DNA from: Escherichia coli
GTDB taxonomy: Bacteria; Pseudomonadota; Gammaproteobacteria; Enterobacterales; Enterobacteriaceae
Length of the DNA stretch: 64,000 nt
NCBI RefSeq assembly: GCF_050320075.1
Contig: NZ_CP190022.1
Strand: one strand, 5' to 3'
Every line of letters begins with the position of its first letter. Within the stretch, counting starts at the first letter, position 1. A model generated the notes under the pieces. That model did not search any database, was not told the DNA's origin, and worked only from the letters and a program-made list of their open reading frames with translations. Below, piece by piece: positions 8,800 to 18,626 of this stretch. The position numbers were made by a program, and so were the translations under genes.

Positions 8800-11100
8800 T
8801 CAGTATTTTTCGTCAGTTGTTGGTTGTGCTCCACATGATTTCTGGGGATGATCATTATTTATTGTCTGCGATTTATTATTTTCAGCGACCGGTAACAGTA
8901 TCTCCAGGGGGAGCAGGGTATTCAGAATCGCCTTCACTGAAGGTATATCTTCAGGACCGGAGTGTTCCTCTTCCGGACGATTCAGTGTGATATAACATAC
9001 CCGGCGTTCTTCCCTGGTTGTGTTATTGATAGTGTGCACAGCCTTTTTCCACAGTTCGTTTGCCCGGGATTCGATATCTGTATCATATTGCGGAAGCAGA
9101 TCCAGTGATGTCTGCGCTGTTGCCAACCGGCGCTGGAATGTATCAATGATACGGTAAGGCTCTGTACGGTTTTTACGACGTTTACGGGATGGTTTTGCTG
9201 TCAGTACACCAATAATGCTGCTGACATGCTCCGGTGTGGGAAAACGGCGCTGCACTGTCCTGGGGACAAGACGGCGGAGACGTTCCAGTCGGGGGGCTTC
9301 AACAGAGATATAACGGTTGATGACCACTGGATCACTGTCGCAACTTTTTTCGCTGTCCGGAATATACACAGAGGCTGACGGCACCACATCCCCCTGGAAA
9401 ACGGTAAAGAATTCACCGGCATTCAGTTTGATTAAATCCTGCACGTTGATTTTGCTTTCCATCTGGATTGTGATCTGGTTACCGTCCACCCAGGACTCTC
9501 CCATCACACCATCGTGGCGCTGCAGGCTGCCCATTCTGGCGCGGGCCTCTTCACCGGCGGCATTTTTCACCGTCCTTGCTGTTTTGTCGTCACTGACAAT
9601 GCGTCCGGCGAATTTGGTGCCGGCGTTCTGCATCAGCGTGGCGGTGTTGGTGGCAGAAGTCTGCCCTTCGATTCGCTCCTGATCCTGCGCCGTCATTATC
9701 AGGGAGAACTCCAGTGAACGTACCTGGGTGGCCTCCACTGCAATGCGGTCCGTGTAGTAGGCACCGACTTCGTCAAGGATACAGATATAGGGGAAGCGGC
9801 CTTTGTATTTTTTGACTTCCAGGGTCTGTGCATCTGTGCCTTCCAGGCGGTAGCCCAGGTCACGGGCGAGGATCATGCTCTGCTGGGTGATGAACATACG
9901 ACCGAGTGCCGACGTGGTATGGGCTGATGTGTCCAGTGCGGGGATCATCACAATCAGAATTCGGTCGCTGTGGATACTGTCGCGAATATCGATGTCGCCG
10001 GCATCTGCCGCAAAGACGTCCCCGAAGGTTTCGGCAAAGGTTGTGAACGTTTCCGAGAACTGACCGGAGAGATAAGCATGCTGTTTACGGGGCTCCTCAG
10101 TCCAGGCTGACGGCGTTCTCACCAGTGACATATCGAATCCCGGGACATCCTGCAGGTAGTTTCGCAGTGGTGCGATAGCTTCTTCCGGCCACTGGTCATC
10201 AAGGCCACGGCAATAGAGTTTTGCCATCCCTTCCAGCGTCATATGTTCCCGTAACATATGCAGGGACATGGTTTTACCTTCCCGGACGCACCAGAATTTT
10301 GTGCCAAAGACCAGGGCCTTGTTCATGGCTATCGCCCGTGACTGCCATTCTCCCCCCTGAACGTTCTGGGGCAGCATGGACTGCATGGTTTCGGCGGTGA
10401 AGGCTTCGGTGCTGAATGCGAACGGGTTCCAGGTGTTTGACTGTGGGCGGGATTTATCGCCACTCTGAATGACTTCACTGCGGGATTTTCCGCCGTTCAT
10501 GAAGTTGATGACCTCGATATCATCCTCCCGGCCAAAACGTCGGGAGAGATACCAGATTGTCCTCGTGGTATCGTTCTGTGCCTTTCCGTCAACAAAGGTA
10601 AAGCCTCTTCCCCAGCAGAGCGGGTTGAGCAGCCAGGCAAAGGTGGTTTCTGTTTTACCGCCACCGGTGGTGGAAAAAAATATGATATGCCGGGTGAGGT
10701 CATCCATGCTCAGCCAGAGCTCACGACCGATATCGTTGATACGGCGGTAACCGACATAAAAAATCCCCCGTGCGGGGGATGTTTCATCTGCTTCATACTG
10801 AAACAGGGTAGGCCAGAAGCTGAAGAGGCTTCGCCTGACCTTTCTGTCCTGGGAGGGGTCATCAAGGCTGAGCGTCATGGGCATACGCAGGGGGCATCGC
10901 CAGCGTTGCAGCGTGAATATCACGGAGGTGACCAGGGTGAACAGCAGACAGACAGGAAGGGCCAGTGGCCATATCAGGGCCGTAATGATACTGCCAGCCA
11001 GACACAGACCAATGATGTTCAGGTTGTGCAGTGCATTCCACAGCGGGTTTCCCCAGGCCGTGCGGTGTATGAGGTCAGGATTAACGTGATGCTGGCTCAT
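8800..11100 (-). CDS. trbC: TrbC, DotL/IcmO-like type IV coupling protein
   Basis: 766 aa; N-terminal TM helices; Walker A FSTTGGGKTE and Walker B ICILDEVG. Confidence 0.8.
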   Translation of the reverse strand: MSQHHVNPDLIHRTAWGNPLWNALHNLNIIGLCLAGSIITALIWPLALPVCLLFTLVTSVIFTLQRWRCPLRMPMTLSLDDPSQDRKVRRSLFSFWPTLFQYEADETSPARGIFYVGYRRINDIGRELWLSMDDLTRHIIFFSTTGGGKTETTFAWLLNPLCWGRGFTFVDGKAQNDTTRTIWYLSRRFGREDDIEVINFMNGGKSRSEVIQSGDKSRPQSNTWNPFAFSTEAFTAETMQSMLPQNVQGGEWQSRAIAMNKALVFGTKFWCVREGKTMSLHMLREHMTLEGMAKLYCRGLDDQWPEEAIAPLRNYLQDVPGFDMSLVRTPSAWTEEPRKQHAYLSGQFSETFTTFAETFGDVFAADAGDIDIRDSIHSDRILIVMIPALDTSAHTTSALGRMFITQQSMILARDLGYRLEGTDAQTLEVKKYKGRFPYICILDEVGAYYTDRIAVEATQVRSLEFSLIMTAQDQERIEGQTSATNTATLMQNAGTKFAGRIVSDDKTARTVKNAAGEEARARMGSLQRHDGVMGESWVDGNQITIQMESKINVQDLIKLNAGEFFTVFQGDVVPSASVYIPDSEKSCDSDPVVINRYISVEAPRLERLRRLVPRTVQRRFPTPEHVSSIIGVLTAKPSRKRRKNRTEPYRIIDTFQRRLATAQTSLDLLPQYDTDIESRANELWKKAVHTINNTTREERRVCYITLNRPEEEHSGPEDIPSVKAILNTLLPLEILLPVAENNKSQTINNDHPQKSCGAQPTTDEKY

Positions 11101-12205
11101 TGTGATTATCCTCGGTATCTGTGGCTTTCAGGAACAGGCTGACGGTAGTGGCGTCTTTCAGGATGCCGGACGGCAGGTGCCAGCCGGTATCGGATAACAC
11201 CCATGGGGTACCGCCAAAACCGAACTGGCGGAAAGCCTGGTTATTGACATCGATGGCAGCACGAGCAGCGGTCAGACACTTTTCATCCGGTGCAGCCGGT
11301 GCATCGACGGTGGGTGCCATACCACCGTCTGCGGAATACAGCTGATGCCATCCGGTCGCCCGTTTTTGTGCGTCCGGTTCACACAGCAGTGGCGCAGTCC
11401 GGTTTGTGCTGGCCTCTCCGCCGATTACGGAGACCGGATAAATCACCACGCTGAATTCCCGGGCCAGTTGCTTAAGCGCGGGCTCCAGAAGACGGCAGTT
11501 GATGCATGCGGGGTCAAGGAAGGCGTAGAGTGTGCGTTCATGACCAGTGGAGAGATTAATGGTGAACATACCCCGGTCCGCGTTGCGTTTAAGTACTGTG
11601 GACAGATTACGGCGGGCCTCAGCGGCCTGAACGTGTTGTTCTTCCGTCACTGCCGTCGGGGCGGGGGCAGAAGAAGGTTCCTGCTGTGTGGGAGCCGGGC
11701 GGGCCGGGATGCTGTTAACATGATGTTCCGTATGTGGGCGTGGTGTCTCTGTGTCGGTTACTGGTTCAGCTCTCCATTCCTGAGATGTAGGGTAAGCCAG
11801 CGTGGAAGGGGGCTCTGCCTTCATCCAGTGGTAACCTGCAACTGTCGCCGGCAGAGCAATTCCGGCGATAAAGCCACACATCAGTGTCCGCCAGAAGCCA
11901 TATTTCCGGGAGGGATGTTTTCCTTTTCCGGCATATTCGGCATCCAGGCAGGCATCAATCGCTGAGAGCATTCTGCCGATGTGATGTCCGGGACGTTCTG
12001 CATCAACGGTATCAACAAGCACCGTTTCGGTTATTTCGCGAAAAGGGGAACTGAAGGACAGGTGCATCAGCCTGTTATTACGGTTAATCAGTGCGCCCAG
12101 TTCTGTTACCGGCAGGATGGCAATCACCTCCCGATTACCGTCAGGGTACAGGGCGGTCAGGGACAGGTGTTTATTATTCAGGGTTGCAGTGTAGCGGATG
12201 GTCAT
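11081..12205 (-). CDS. trbB: TrbB, thioredoxin-fold protein with CxxC motif
   Basis: 374 aa; one TM segment; FLDPACINCRLLEP motif; sits between trbC and trbA. Confidence 0.6.
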   Translation of the reverse strand: MTIRYTATLNNKHLSLTALYPDGNREVIAILPVTELGALINRNNRLMHLSFSSPFREITETVLVDTVDAERPGHHIGRMLSAIDACLDAEYAGKGKHPSRKYGFWRTLMCGFIAGIALPATVAGYHWMKAEPPSTLAYPTSQEWRAEPVTDTETPRPHTEHHVNSIPARPAPTQQEPSSAPAPTAVTEEQHVQAAEARRNLSTVLKRNADRGMFTINLSTGHERTLYAFLDPACINCRLLEPALKQLAREFSVVIYPVSVIGGEASTNRTAPLLCEPDAQKRATGWHQLYSADGGMAPTVDAPAAPDEKCLTAARAAIDVNNQAFRQFGFGGTPWVLSDTGWHLPSGILKDATTVSLFLKATDTEDNHNEPASR

Positions 12206-13464
12206 TGTGCTTTTTCCTTGTCTGCGGGATGCCGGGTTTCGGTGGTTTCACCAGTGTCAGTGTCTTCGTCGTTATCATGGCGGCGGGGTATCACGTCATC
12301 CGTGAGTGACCAGCGGGTCCTGATCTGACGTTTACGATCGCGATCTGGCTGAGGTTCGTCCCATATCAGGCCCAGCCCCAGCATGTCCCGTCGAAGCCCT
12401 TCAATGGCCTCTTCCACACAGGGTTCCGGGCAGGGGAGGCCGAGACGGCTGGCTTCATTTTCTGCCCGGGCAACGGCCACCACGCCGGCCCCTTCGATGA
12501 AGCCTTTTGTGGTGTTTGCCCGGTGAAGGGCATAGAAGAGCGTCCGGTCAACGCCCTTGAGCCACAGCCAGTTCGGAGGCGTCAGGCGCAAATCATGTGC
12601 GTAAAGCCAGACCAGACCGCTGCGAACGTAACGGTGCTGCCTGAGCCACTTTTGTGCGCCTTCTGTTTTGATGACCCGGATAAAGGCGTTTCTGGCCAGT
12701 GAATACACCGGCGTGCTGAAACGCCCCTGGTCCCGTTTACTTTTGAGCCTGCAGGAGAGATTGAGGTTGTTCATCAGGGCTACCGCTGCTTTCCGGTCAC
12801 CGAGGAAGAACTGCAGGCCAAAGATGGCAAAGAGCGCTTTTTCATGTGGGGCCATGTCTTTCCAGCTGGTCAGTGGTTGCCCCAGTTGCGCCATGAAGCA
12901 CTGGCGTGTGGACGCAACATCGAGCTGCATGTTGCGGATAAGGTTGTTCTGCTCCACAAAGGCTTCGGGGGTTAGTGCGACACGGCGCTCGGGACGTTTT
13001 TGTCCGTGGAAGAGTCTGTTGTTGTCTCCATCAGCCAGAACGGGGGCGATCGCCGGTGACAGAGCTGAAAAAATATGGGGCAGTGTGTGGATATTCAGTG
13101 GCCTGCGGGTAAAACGGGGCTGGGCCGGATGGTGAAACCACATCCACAGAAAGCCGAATGTCATGGGAAGCAGAATCAACCAGAGGATCCCCACTGTCCG
13201 GGACATAACATCCAGCCACTGGCTGAAAGTGATGGTTGCCGCGTTGTTAGCAGTGATGGCCAGCAGGTTGTAACGGGGGGCGGCAAAGTTGTGAAAGGGC
13301 CCCCAGTCAATCATGCCCCACAGTGTGTGCAGGATCAGGCAGGAGGCGAAGACGATTTCAGGTAAAAAGCGCCAGATGATAATCGCAAAGAGCAGGCATA
13401 TGGCACCGACGATATACCATATAGCCATTGGATCTTCGGCGGCAGACGTCTGTTGGTAAGACAC
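12202..13464 (-). CDS. trbA: TrbA, DotM/IcmP-like inner membrane protein
   Basis: 420 aa; N-terminal TM helices; ATGA overlap with trbB; synteny with R64 trbABC. Confidence 0.65.
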   Translation of the reverse strand: MSYQQTSAAEDPMAIWYIVGAICLLFAIIIWRFLPEIVFASCLILHTLWGMIDWGPFHNFAAPRYNLLAITANNAATITFSQWLDVMSRTVGILWLILLPMTFGFLWMWFHHPAQPRFTRRPLNIHTLPHIFSALSPAIAPVLADGDNNRLFHGQKRPERRVALTPEAFVEQNNLIRNMQLDVASTRQCFMAQLGQPLTSWKDMAPHEKALFAIFGLQFFLGDRKAAVALMNNLNLSCRLKSKRDQGRFSTPVYSLARNAFIRVIKTEGAQKWLRQHRYVRSGLVWLYAHDLRLTPPNWLWLKGVDRTLFYALHRANTTKGFIEGAGVVAVARAENEASRLGLPCPEPCVEEAIEGLRRDMLGLGLIWDEPQPDRDRKRQIRTRWSLTDDVIPRRHDNDEDTDTGETTETRHPADKEKAQ

Positions 13465-13993
13465 GGGGATTCCTCCATAGATGAATGGATAAATTTCGGG
13501 ATTAAGTCGGGTGGCATGAATGCGAATCAGCGCCGGTAATAACCGGACAGGAATGAGTTCAACAGGACATTTTCACAGAGAAGAGCGTGGGAGACAGGTA
13601 CAAAAAAACCGACTGGTGAGGCCGGTTTTTTTGCGATTCCGGGGTGGAGTTGGTGGCTCTGACCGGAGGAAGTCTCTTTTCAACTAACGTTACCAGAATA
13701 GCGTTATATTCACCTGATCGCAATCTGTCAGTTACAATCTATTATTCTGGGAGTAGCGATATCGCCTGAAACAAGTATAATCAGTAAGTTAGCCTTGTCT
13801 GGAGACTTACCTTCGCATCAATCCATCGGGACTATGGATCTGTGCTATTCAAAGACCTGGCCGGACAAACAGGTGGTGCTGTGTCTGGTGCTCTGGCCGG
13901 AGGAAGTCTCTTTTCAGCTAACAATGAGAGAGCTGTTGTGACAGGCAATGTAAGAGTAAGCAGCAGTGATTTCCTCCATTGACGGAGAAACGG

Positions 13994-14089
13994 ATGATTA
14001 ACCTGTTAATCATCGTTCTCAGGGCAGTTGTTGCTGTGGTCAATGCAGTGATAGCAATCCTGGAACTGATCCGGGAGCTTATTGACTGA
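13994..14089 (+). CDS. Small hydrophobic peptide (31 aa), candidate type I toxin-like ORF
   Basis: ggag RBS 6 nt before ATG; MINLLIIVLRAVVAVVNAVIAILELIRELID; followed by hairpin at 14108-14136; below the 60-aa track cutoff. Confidence 0.3.
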   Translation: MINLLIIVLRAVVAVVNAVIAILELIRELID

Positions 14090-14107
14090 TAATCCCGGAA
14101 ACGTACT

Positions 14108-14136
14108 TAAGGGCAGCGGGTAACCGCCCTCTGCCC
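14108..14136 (+). terminator. Hairpin after the small ORF
   Basis: gggcagcgggtaaccgccctctgccc then ttta. Confidence 0.35.
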
Positions 14137-14151
14137 TTTAACAAAATATGC

Positions 14152-14328
14152 TCAGGTTAAAAATCGAAAACCTTCCTGCACTTCCTGCGCCTGTTCCCGT
14201 GAGTCAAACATGAGCCGGCTTTTCCCCGGAACTCCCCAGGAAATATATTCTACATCCACCCACCATTTTCCGTATTCTTCATACGGTCCGGATATCACTT
14301 TAGTGACAAATGCATCAACCAGGTTCAT
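14152..14328 (-). CDS. Small ORF (58 aa) downstream of nuc
   Basis: Hand translation: MNLVDAFVTKVISGPYEEYGKWWVDVEYISWGVPGKSRLMFDSREQAQEVQEGFRFLT; aaaggtg RBS-like sequence before ATG. Confidence 0.2.
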   Translation of the reverse strand: MNLVDAFVTKVISGPYEEYGKWWVDVEYISWGVPGKSRLMFDSREQAQEVQEGFRFLT

Positions 14329-14478
14329 TTTTACACCTTTCTGTTATTCTGCTTATTACGGCCAGCAAACAGCAAATATTAAAAATAACGCGGCGGTAAA
14401 AATGGCAATTTTTTCCCATACTGTATTTTTTCCATTTATTTGCTTTGAAATGTTTTTTTGCTTCATATCAGTAAATGA

Positions 14479-14946
14479 TTATTTTTTATTCTGTTTCCTC
14501 CAGGCCCATGGTGGCACCGGATTTTCATCTGCCCATAATCCCCGTTTAAGGGCACGGGCATCGCGCTGGAGAGCCGGGAGAGTATAGTCCTTGTTGTAGT
14601 CCGGGTATACCCAGGCCGCTCCCTTCCTGATTTGCTCACGATTCGCTTCAGTGCCGTCAGCGGTATAGACTCTGCCGAGAATACGGTTATATCTGTCGGT
14701 CTGTAAGTATTGTACGGTTACAGGCTTACCGGCCACCAGGTCTTTTAACTGAGAGGCAGACCAGCGTCCAAAGGGCTGTTTCTTTTCCGGTGCATCAATA
14801 TTTGCCAGGCGGACCCTGACAGTTTTTTTATCCTGTAATATTTCCAGTGTATCACCATCAAGAACGCGGATAACGTTTCCCTGAATCTGTGCAGCGCAGA
14901 GGGAACCTGAAAAAATAATAGCGAGAGAGAATATATATTTTATCAT
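14479..14946 (-). CDS. nuc: Secreted thermonuclease (staphylococcal nuclease family)
   Basis: Signal peptide MIKYIFSLAIIFSGSLCAAQ; motifs VLDGDTLE, RLANIDAPE, RYNRILGRVY. Confidence 0.8.
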   Translation of the reverse strand: MIKYIFSLAIIFSGSLCAAQIQGNVIRVLDGDTLEILQDKKTVRVRLANIDAPEKKQPFGRWSASQLKDLVAGKPVTVQYLQTDRYNRILGRVYTADGTEANREQIRKGAAWVYPDYNKDYTLPALQRDARALKRGLWADENPVPPWAWRKQNKK

Positions 14947-15109
14947 TTTATTACATCCTTTTTATTCATGAAAAACAGGCGGCGTTTATATTATGGAATA
15001 ATATCGTTAAGTTGAGTTTATGTTTCCGGTAATGTAATGCTTCACGCAGCGCATGAATTCCAGTAGGCTAATATTCATGATGATATAGTAACAGATATCC
15101 GGTGACAGT

Positions 15110-15733
15110 ATGCAGGAACATATTGATTATCAGATTGAGAAATATCAGTTCAGGGCCAGGAATGAGTCTCCGCGACTGATGCGCCAGTGGGCAGATGTCA
15201 TGCGTGAATGCCGTGATACCGGAGCAGGAGCCAGGGAGCGGCTGCGGATTGCCTTACTTAATGTTGATTATGTGACCAGTTTTGAGCTGCCGTTTCGTCT
15301 GCTGTTAACCCGGACACCGCAGATGATTGACAGCATGCGGCGGGAATGGCAGCTCAGCCAGAAAAAAGTCGTCTTCAATGAGCGGCAGCGGGGATGTGTA
15401 TACAGTCTGCAGAATGACTTATCCGGCGTGCCGGATAGCTTCAGTTACAGTCTTGCGACGCGAATACGGCGGATGGACTGCTATGGCATGACGACGCGTT
15501 GTTTTACTGATATCGCCGGGCAGGTTAAAGCCCCGACGGCACGGCTGAAACTAGCGCTGGAAAGCGGGTTGCTGGTAACGGCACTGGATGGCCTGTTCTG
15601 GCTGGGAACTCAGCGAATTGCAGCTGATGTGCAGAGACTGCGTCAGTCAGGTATGGTTATAGTCACCCGGGAAGTTGAGGTATCAGACTCCCTGACCGGA
15701 ACCACCAGACTGGTTTCTGCCTACACACTTTAA
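15110..15733 (+). CDS. Hypothetical protein (207 aa)
   Basis: Divergent from nuc across an AT-rich promoter region; no family recognised. Confidence 0.5.
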   Translation: MQEHIDYQIEKYQFRARNESPRLMRQWADVMRECRDTGAGARERLRIALLNVDYVTSFELPFRLLLTRTPQMIDSMRREWQLSQKKVVFNERQRGCVYSLQNDLSGVPDSFSYSLATRIRRMDCYGMTTRCFTDIAGQVKAPTARLKLALESGLLVTALDGLFWLGTQRIAADVQRLRQSGMVIVTREVEVSDSLTGTTRLVSAYTL

Positions 15734-15820
15734 AGCACAGGAGGAATCTTTGTTACCGTATTCGCACTGATTCTGAAATTTACCATTGTTTACCGGGACA
15801 GATTACAGACAGGATATTTT

Positions 15821-16276
15821 ATGCGAGATAAATCAGAAGTATTAACCGGAGCGCAGAAAAACAGATTTGGTCTGATTCTTTATATTATACTATTATCAGT
15901 TGTTTATATATTGATAACAAGACTTAATCTCACAACCACATATTATTCGCTGTATTCATCTCTGGATGAGAATTCACAGGTGACGGAGTATTTTATAATA
16001 TCCATAGCTACCTTTCTTTTTCTGGCGGCTTTATGTTTGTTCTTCATTTATTCTTTCTTTAAACGGAAAAGAGTTGTCGGGAAATTACTTCTGTGTATTT
16101 ATATTCTTTATATATCACACTATGCTATCACTTTTGTTTATTGTCTTTATGTTGTCGGTGCTGAGTGTATGGCAACCGGAAAGATTGAGCATATTTTGAT
16201 TGATATTATTATAGCCATGCTTTCTCTTTCGTATGTTTGCCTTTCCGGGAGGGCAAGACATATTTTTGTTAACTAA
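15821..16276 (+). CDS. Hypothetical polytopic membrane protein (151 aa), low GC
   Basis: Several hydrophobic helices; AT-rich codon usage unlike the backbone. Confidence 0.45.
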   Translation: MRDKSEVLTGAQKNRFGLILYIILLSVVYILITRLNLTTTYYSLYSSLDENSQVTEYFIISIATFLFLAALCLFFIYSFFKRKRVVGKLLLCIYILYISHYAITFVYCLYVVGAECMATGKIEHILIDIIIAMLSLSYVCLSGRARHIFVN

Positions 16277-16454
16277 ATGTATTCTGAGTGTTTTATGGTT
16301 ATGAGGCCTTCATCGGGTTATGCGAATAATCTGGTTCGGGGAGCAGTTGCTGTAAGCACAGAACCTGATAATATGTAAATCCTGCTGGACAGGGTAGGGT
16401 ATTTTTGTGAACTGTTTCATATAAATATCCATGCGTTGAAATGATCGTCTGTGT

Positions 16455-18011
16455 TTGTACAGGAAAATGACTGGCGTGTCTTGTATTAAAGAAAAATCAA
16501 AATATACTTTTGAGAGAGCAAAACAGTTTTATTTTATGTTGTGGTGTAAAGAGTCACTGATTTATCTGTTGTTTTCTGTGCTTGTTACATGGTGTTGCGG
16601 ATATACAGTGAAAAACACCCTGGGGAATGTGCTTATATTGTTCCTGATGTTGTTGTTGGGGCGGCAGAATGTTATTTCAGCAACGTGTGTCTGTATCTTT
16701 CTTTTGTTAAGTGCATTCTATGCTCCGGTTGGGATGATTTACGGAAAAATAAACAACAGTTTTATTGCGTCTGTAATGCAGACAAATCTAAATGAGGCAG
16801 GTGAATTTATCACAGGCATACCTGTTCTTTATTTTATTGTTTCACTGATTATTGCTGCTTTTACATTCTGGTTCTGGCGTAAGCGTGATAAAAGCCACCA
16901 GGGATTTATCTTTCTGTTGTTCTTTATCGTATTGTCAGTAAATGCATGGCCAAAACGTATGGTTACGAATGTAATGACAGGGATAGCTGAAACCAGAGAA
17001 GAAATGATGCGATATGAATCGCTGAAACACAATCAGAAAGATTCATGGGATATTGTGAATGTGGAGAAGAAATATAAAACCATAATTATCGTAATTGGTG
17101 AAAGTGTCAGACGGGATTATCTTTCTGTTTATGGGTATCCTTTGCCGACAACACCATGGTTGAATTCTGCTCCGGGTATATTTATTAATGGGTATTTCTC
17201 CGCAGCTCCGAATACGATAGGTTCACTCAGCAGAACACTGACTCTTGATTACACTGAAACAGGTAATCCGGGTAATAATATTGTTACGCTTGCCAGAAAA
17301 GCCGGATATGAGACGTGGTGGATATCAAATCAGGGCTCTTTAGGGCGACATGATACGCTGATTTCTGTCATCGCCGCCAATGCGGATAAGAAATATTTTC
17401 TTAAGGAAGGGAGCTCTTCTTCCCGTCGCATTGATGATGAAGATATGCTTCAGTATGTCAGGGAAGCTGTTAATTCGTCTTCTCCAAAAGTGATTTTCAT
17501 TCATATGCTGGGGTCCCATCCTAATCCCTGTGACAGACTTTTTAATGATGCACAGCCGTTCAGGGAATTATTCGGAAATAAAGTATCCTGTTATTTATCA
17601 ACATTGCTTAAGCTGGATCGGTTTCTTCAGGCAATTTATAACATGACGACAGAGCATGGCGATGATTTTGCCATGCTGTATTTTTCTGATCATGGGCAAT
17701 CCGTCACTTCAGACAGCACCCCTGTGCATCATGCGCCAGGTTTGCGTTCGGGATACGATGTACCTCTCATGATGATGGCCAGTGATATTACTGAGCACCA
17801 CCTCAATCATGTGCATATCAGTGCACGTCGTTTTCCCGAGATTTTTCAATGGATCACAGGGATACAAACCAAAAATCTGCCGTTAAGTTTTTCTTTGTTA
17901 CAGAATGATTTCGCTGAAAGTGTTTCTGTATTCAATGGTGAACGTGACGTTCCGGTAATGTCTTTGCCAGAAGAGCCGATACTGACCGGAAATGCTGAAT
18001 CAGAAAAATAA
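16455..18011 (+). CDS. Phosphoethanolamine-transferase-family (sulfatase-fold) inner membrane protein
   Basis: N-terminal TM helices, then IIIVIGESVRRDYLSVYGY, FIHMLGSHPNP and FSDHGQS motifs resembling EptA/LptA-type enzymes; low GC; exact start uncertain. Confidence 0.6.
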   Translation: MYRKMTGVSCIKEKSKYTFERAKQFYFMLWCKESLIYLLFSVLVTWCCGYTVKNTLGNVLILFLMLLLGRQNVISATCVCIFLLLSAFYAPVGMIYGKINNSFIASVMQTNLNEAGEFITGIPVLYFIVSLIIAAFTFWFWRKRDKSHQGFIFLLFFIVLSVNAWPKRMVTNVMTGIAETREEMMRYESLKHNQKDSWDIVNVEKKYKTIIIVIGESVRRDYLSVYGYPLPTTPWLNSAPGIFINGYFSAAPNTIGSLSRTLTLDYTETGNPGNNIVTLARKAGYETWWISNQGSLGRHDTLISVIAANADKKYFLKEGSSSSRRIDDEDMLQYVREAVNSSSPKVIFIHMLGSHPNPCDRLFNDAQPFRELFGNKVSCYLSTLLKLDRFLQAIYNMTTEHGDDFAMLYFSDHGQSVTSDSTPVHHAPGLRSGYDVPLMMMASDITEHHLNHVHISARRFPEIFQWITGIQTKNLPLSFSLLQNDFAESVSVFNGERDVPVMSLPEEPILTGNAESEK

Positions 18012-18103
18012 TAAAGATTATTTATGACCGAGCTCAATGCCTCATGTGTATGAGGCATTGAGCGTTTATTTCAGGCTGACACTGTTTTCAGCCCATACCT
18101 GGA

Positions 18104-18466
18104 TCAGTGAATATGCTGACCTGTTTTTTCGCGAATATCAGCCCCCTGTAATTGTATCAATATACCCTCTCCGTTGAGCATCAGGCTGTCCAGTGAATGG
18201 ATCCCACTCCTCCTCATCAGTTCGTAGCAGAGTGTACTCAGCATGGCAAGTGCAGCTTCTGATGATTTACAGTGTGTATTCAGGAGGGTAAAAAATTGTT
18301 CAAAAACATCCGGGTTTATACTGGTGCTTTGATATTCGTTACTCATAGTATTTCCTTCCAGGTCATTATTACTTCCAGATTTAACATGATGTCTGTAACC
18401 ATAAAATAATGAACGTGTTCCGGGAATCCTTGCCGTGTAGTTTCCCGTAAAAATACTGTTGTGCAT
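18104..18466 (-). CDS. Hypothetical protein (80-120 aa depending on start)
   Basis: ORF in the low-GC block; internal Met (MSNEYQST) may be the true start. Confidence 0.3.
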   Translation of the reverse strand: MHNSIFTGNYTARIPGTRSLFYGYRHHVKSGSNNDLEGNTMSNEYQSTSINPDVFEQFFTLLNTHCKSSEAALAMLSTLCYELMRRSGIHSLDSLMLNGEGILIQLQGADIREKTGQHIH

Positions 18467-18559
18467 TACATGTCATTAGGTGGAAACCGATTGTGGCAGA
18501 CTGAAAATCGATTAGAATAGCGGCGGGCGCTTGAGGCTGTATGCTGAAAGCGTTTTGTG

Positions 18560-18626
18560 GACGGCATGCAGCAGAAAGCCCCAGGCGATTTTTTTATCAA
18601 TCAACCCAGGGCCCACTGTAATGCCT
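18560..18626 (-). ncRNA. Putative Sok-like antisense RNA of the pnd locus (approximate)
   Basis: Perfect TATAAT on the minus strand (plus-strand coordinates 18633-18638) with upstream TTGCCT; would be antisense to the pndC start region; extent inferred. Confidence 0.25.

Noticed and set aside
13602-13632. A-tract/T-tract hairpin (aaaaaaaccg...cggttttttt) as a bidirectional terminator
   Set aside because: The stem is mostly A-T with only three G-C pairs and it lies upstream of trbA rather than after a gene; noted only as a possible sRNA end.
14210-14587. Plus-strand ORF of 125 aa overlapping the 3-prime end of nuc
   Set aside because: Low-complexity AT-rich translation, no RBS, overlaps a well-supported gene on the other strand.
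16455-18011. Calling the phosphoethanolamine-transferase-family gene an mcr colistin-resistance gene
   Set aside because: Only family-level motifs are visible; the usual Thr nucleophile position appears to be Ser; subfamily and function cannot be assigned without alignment.
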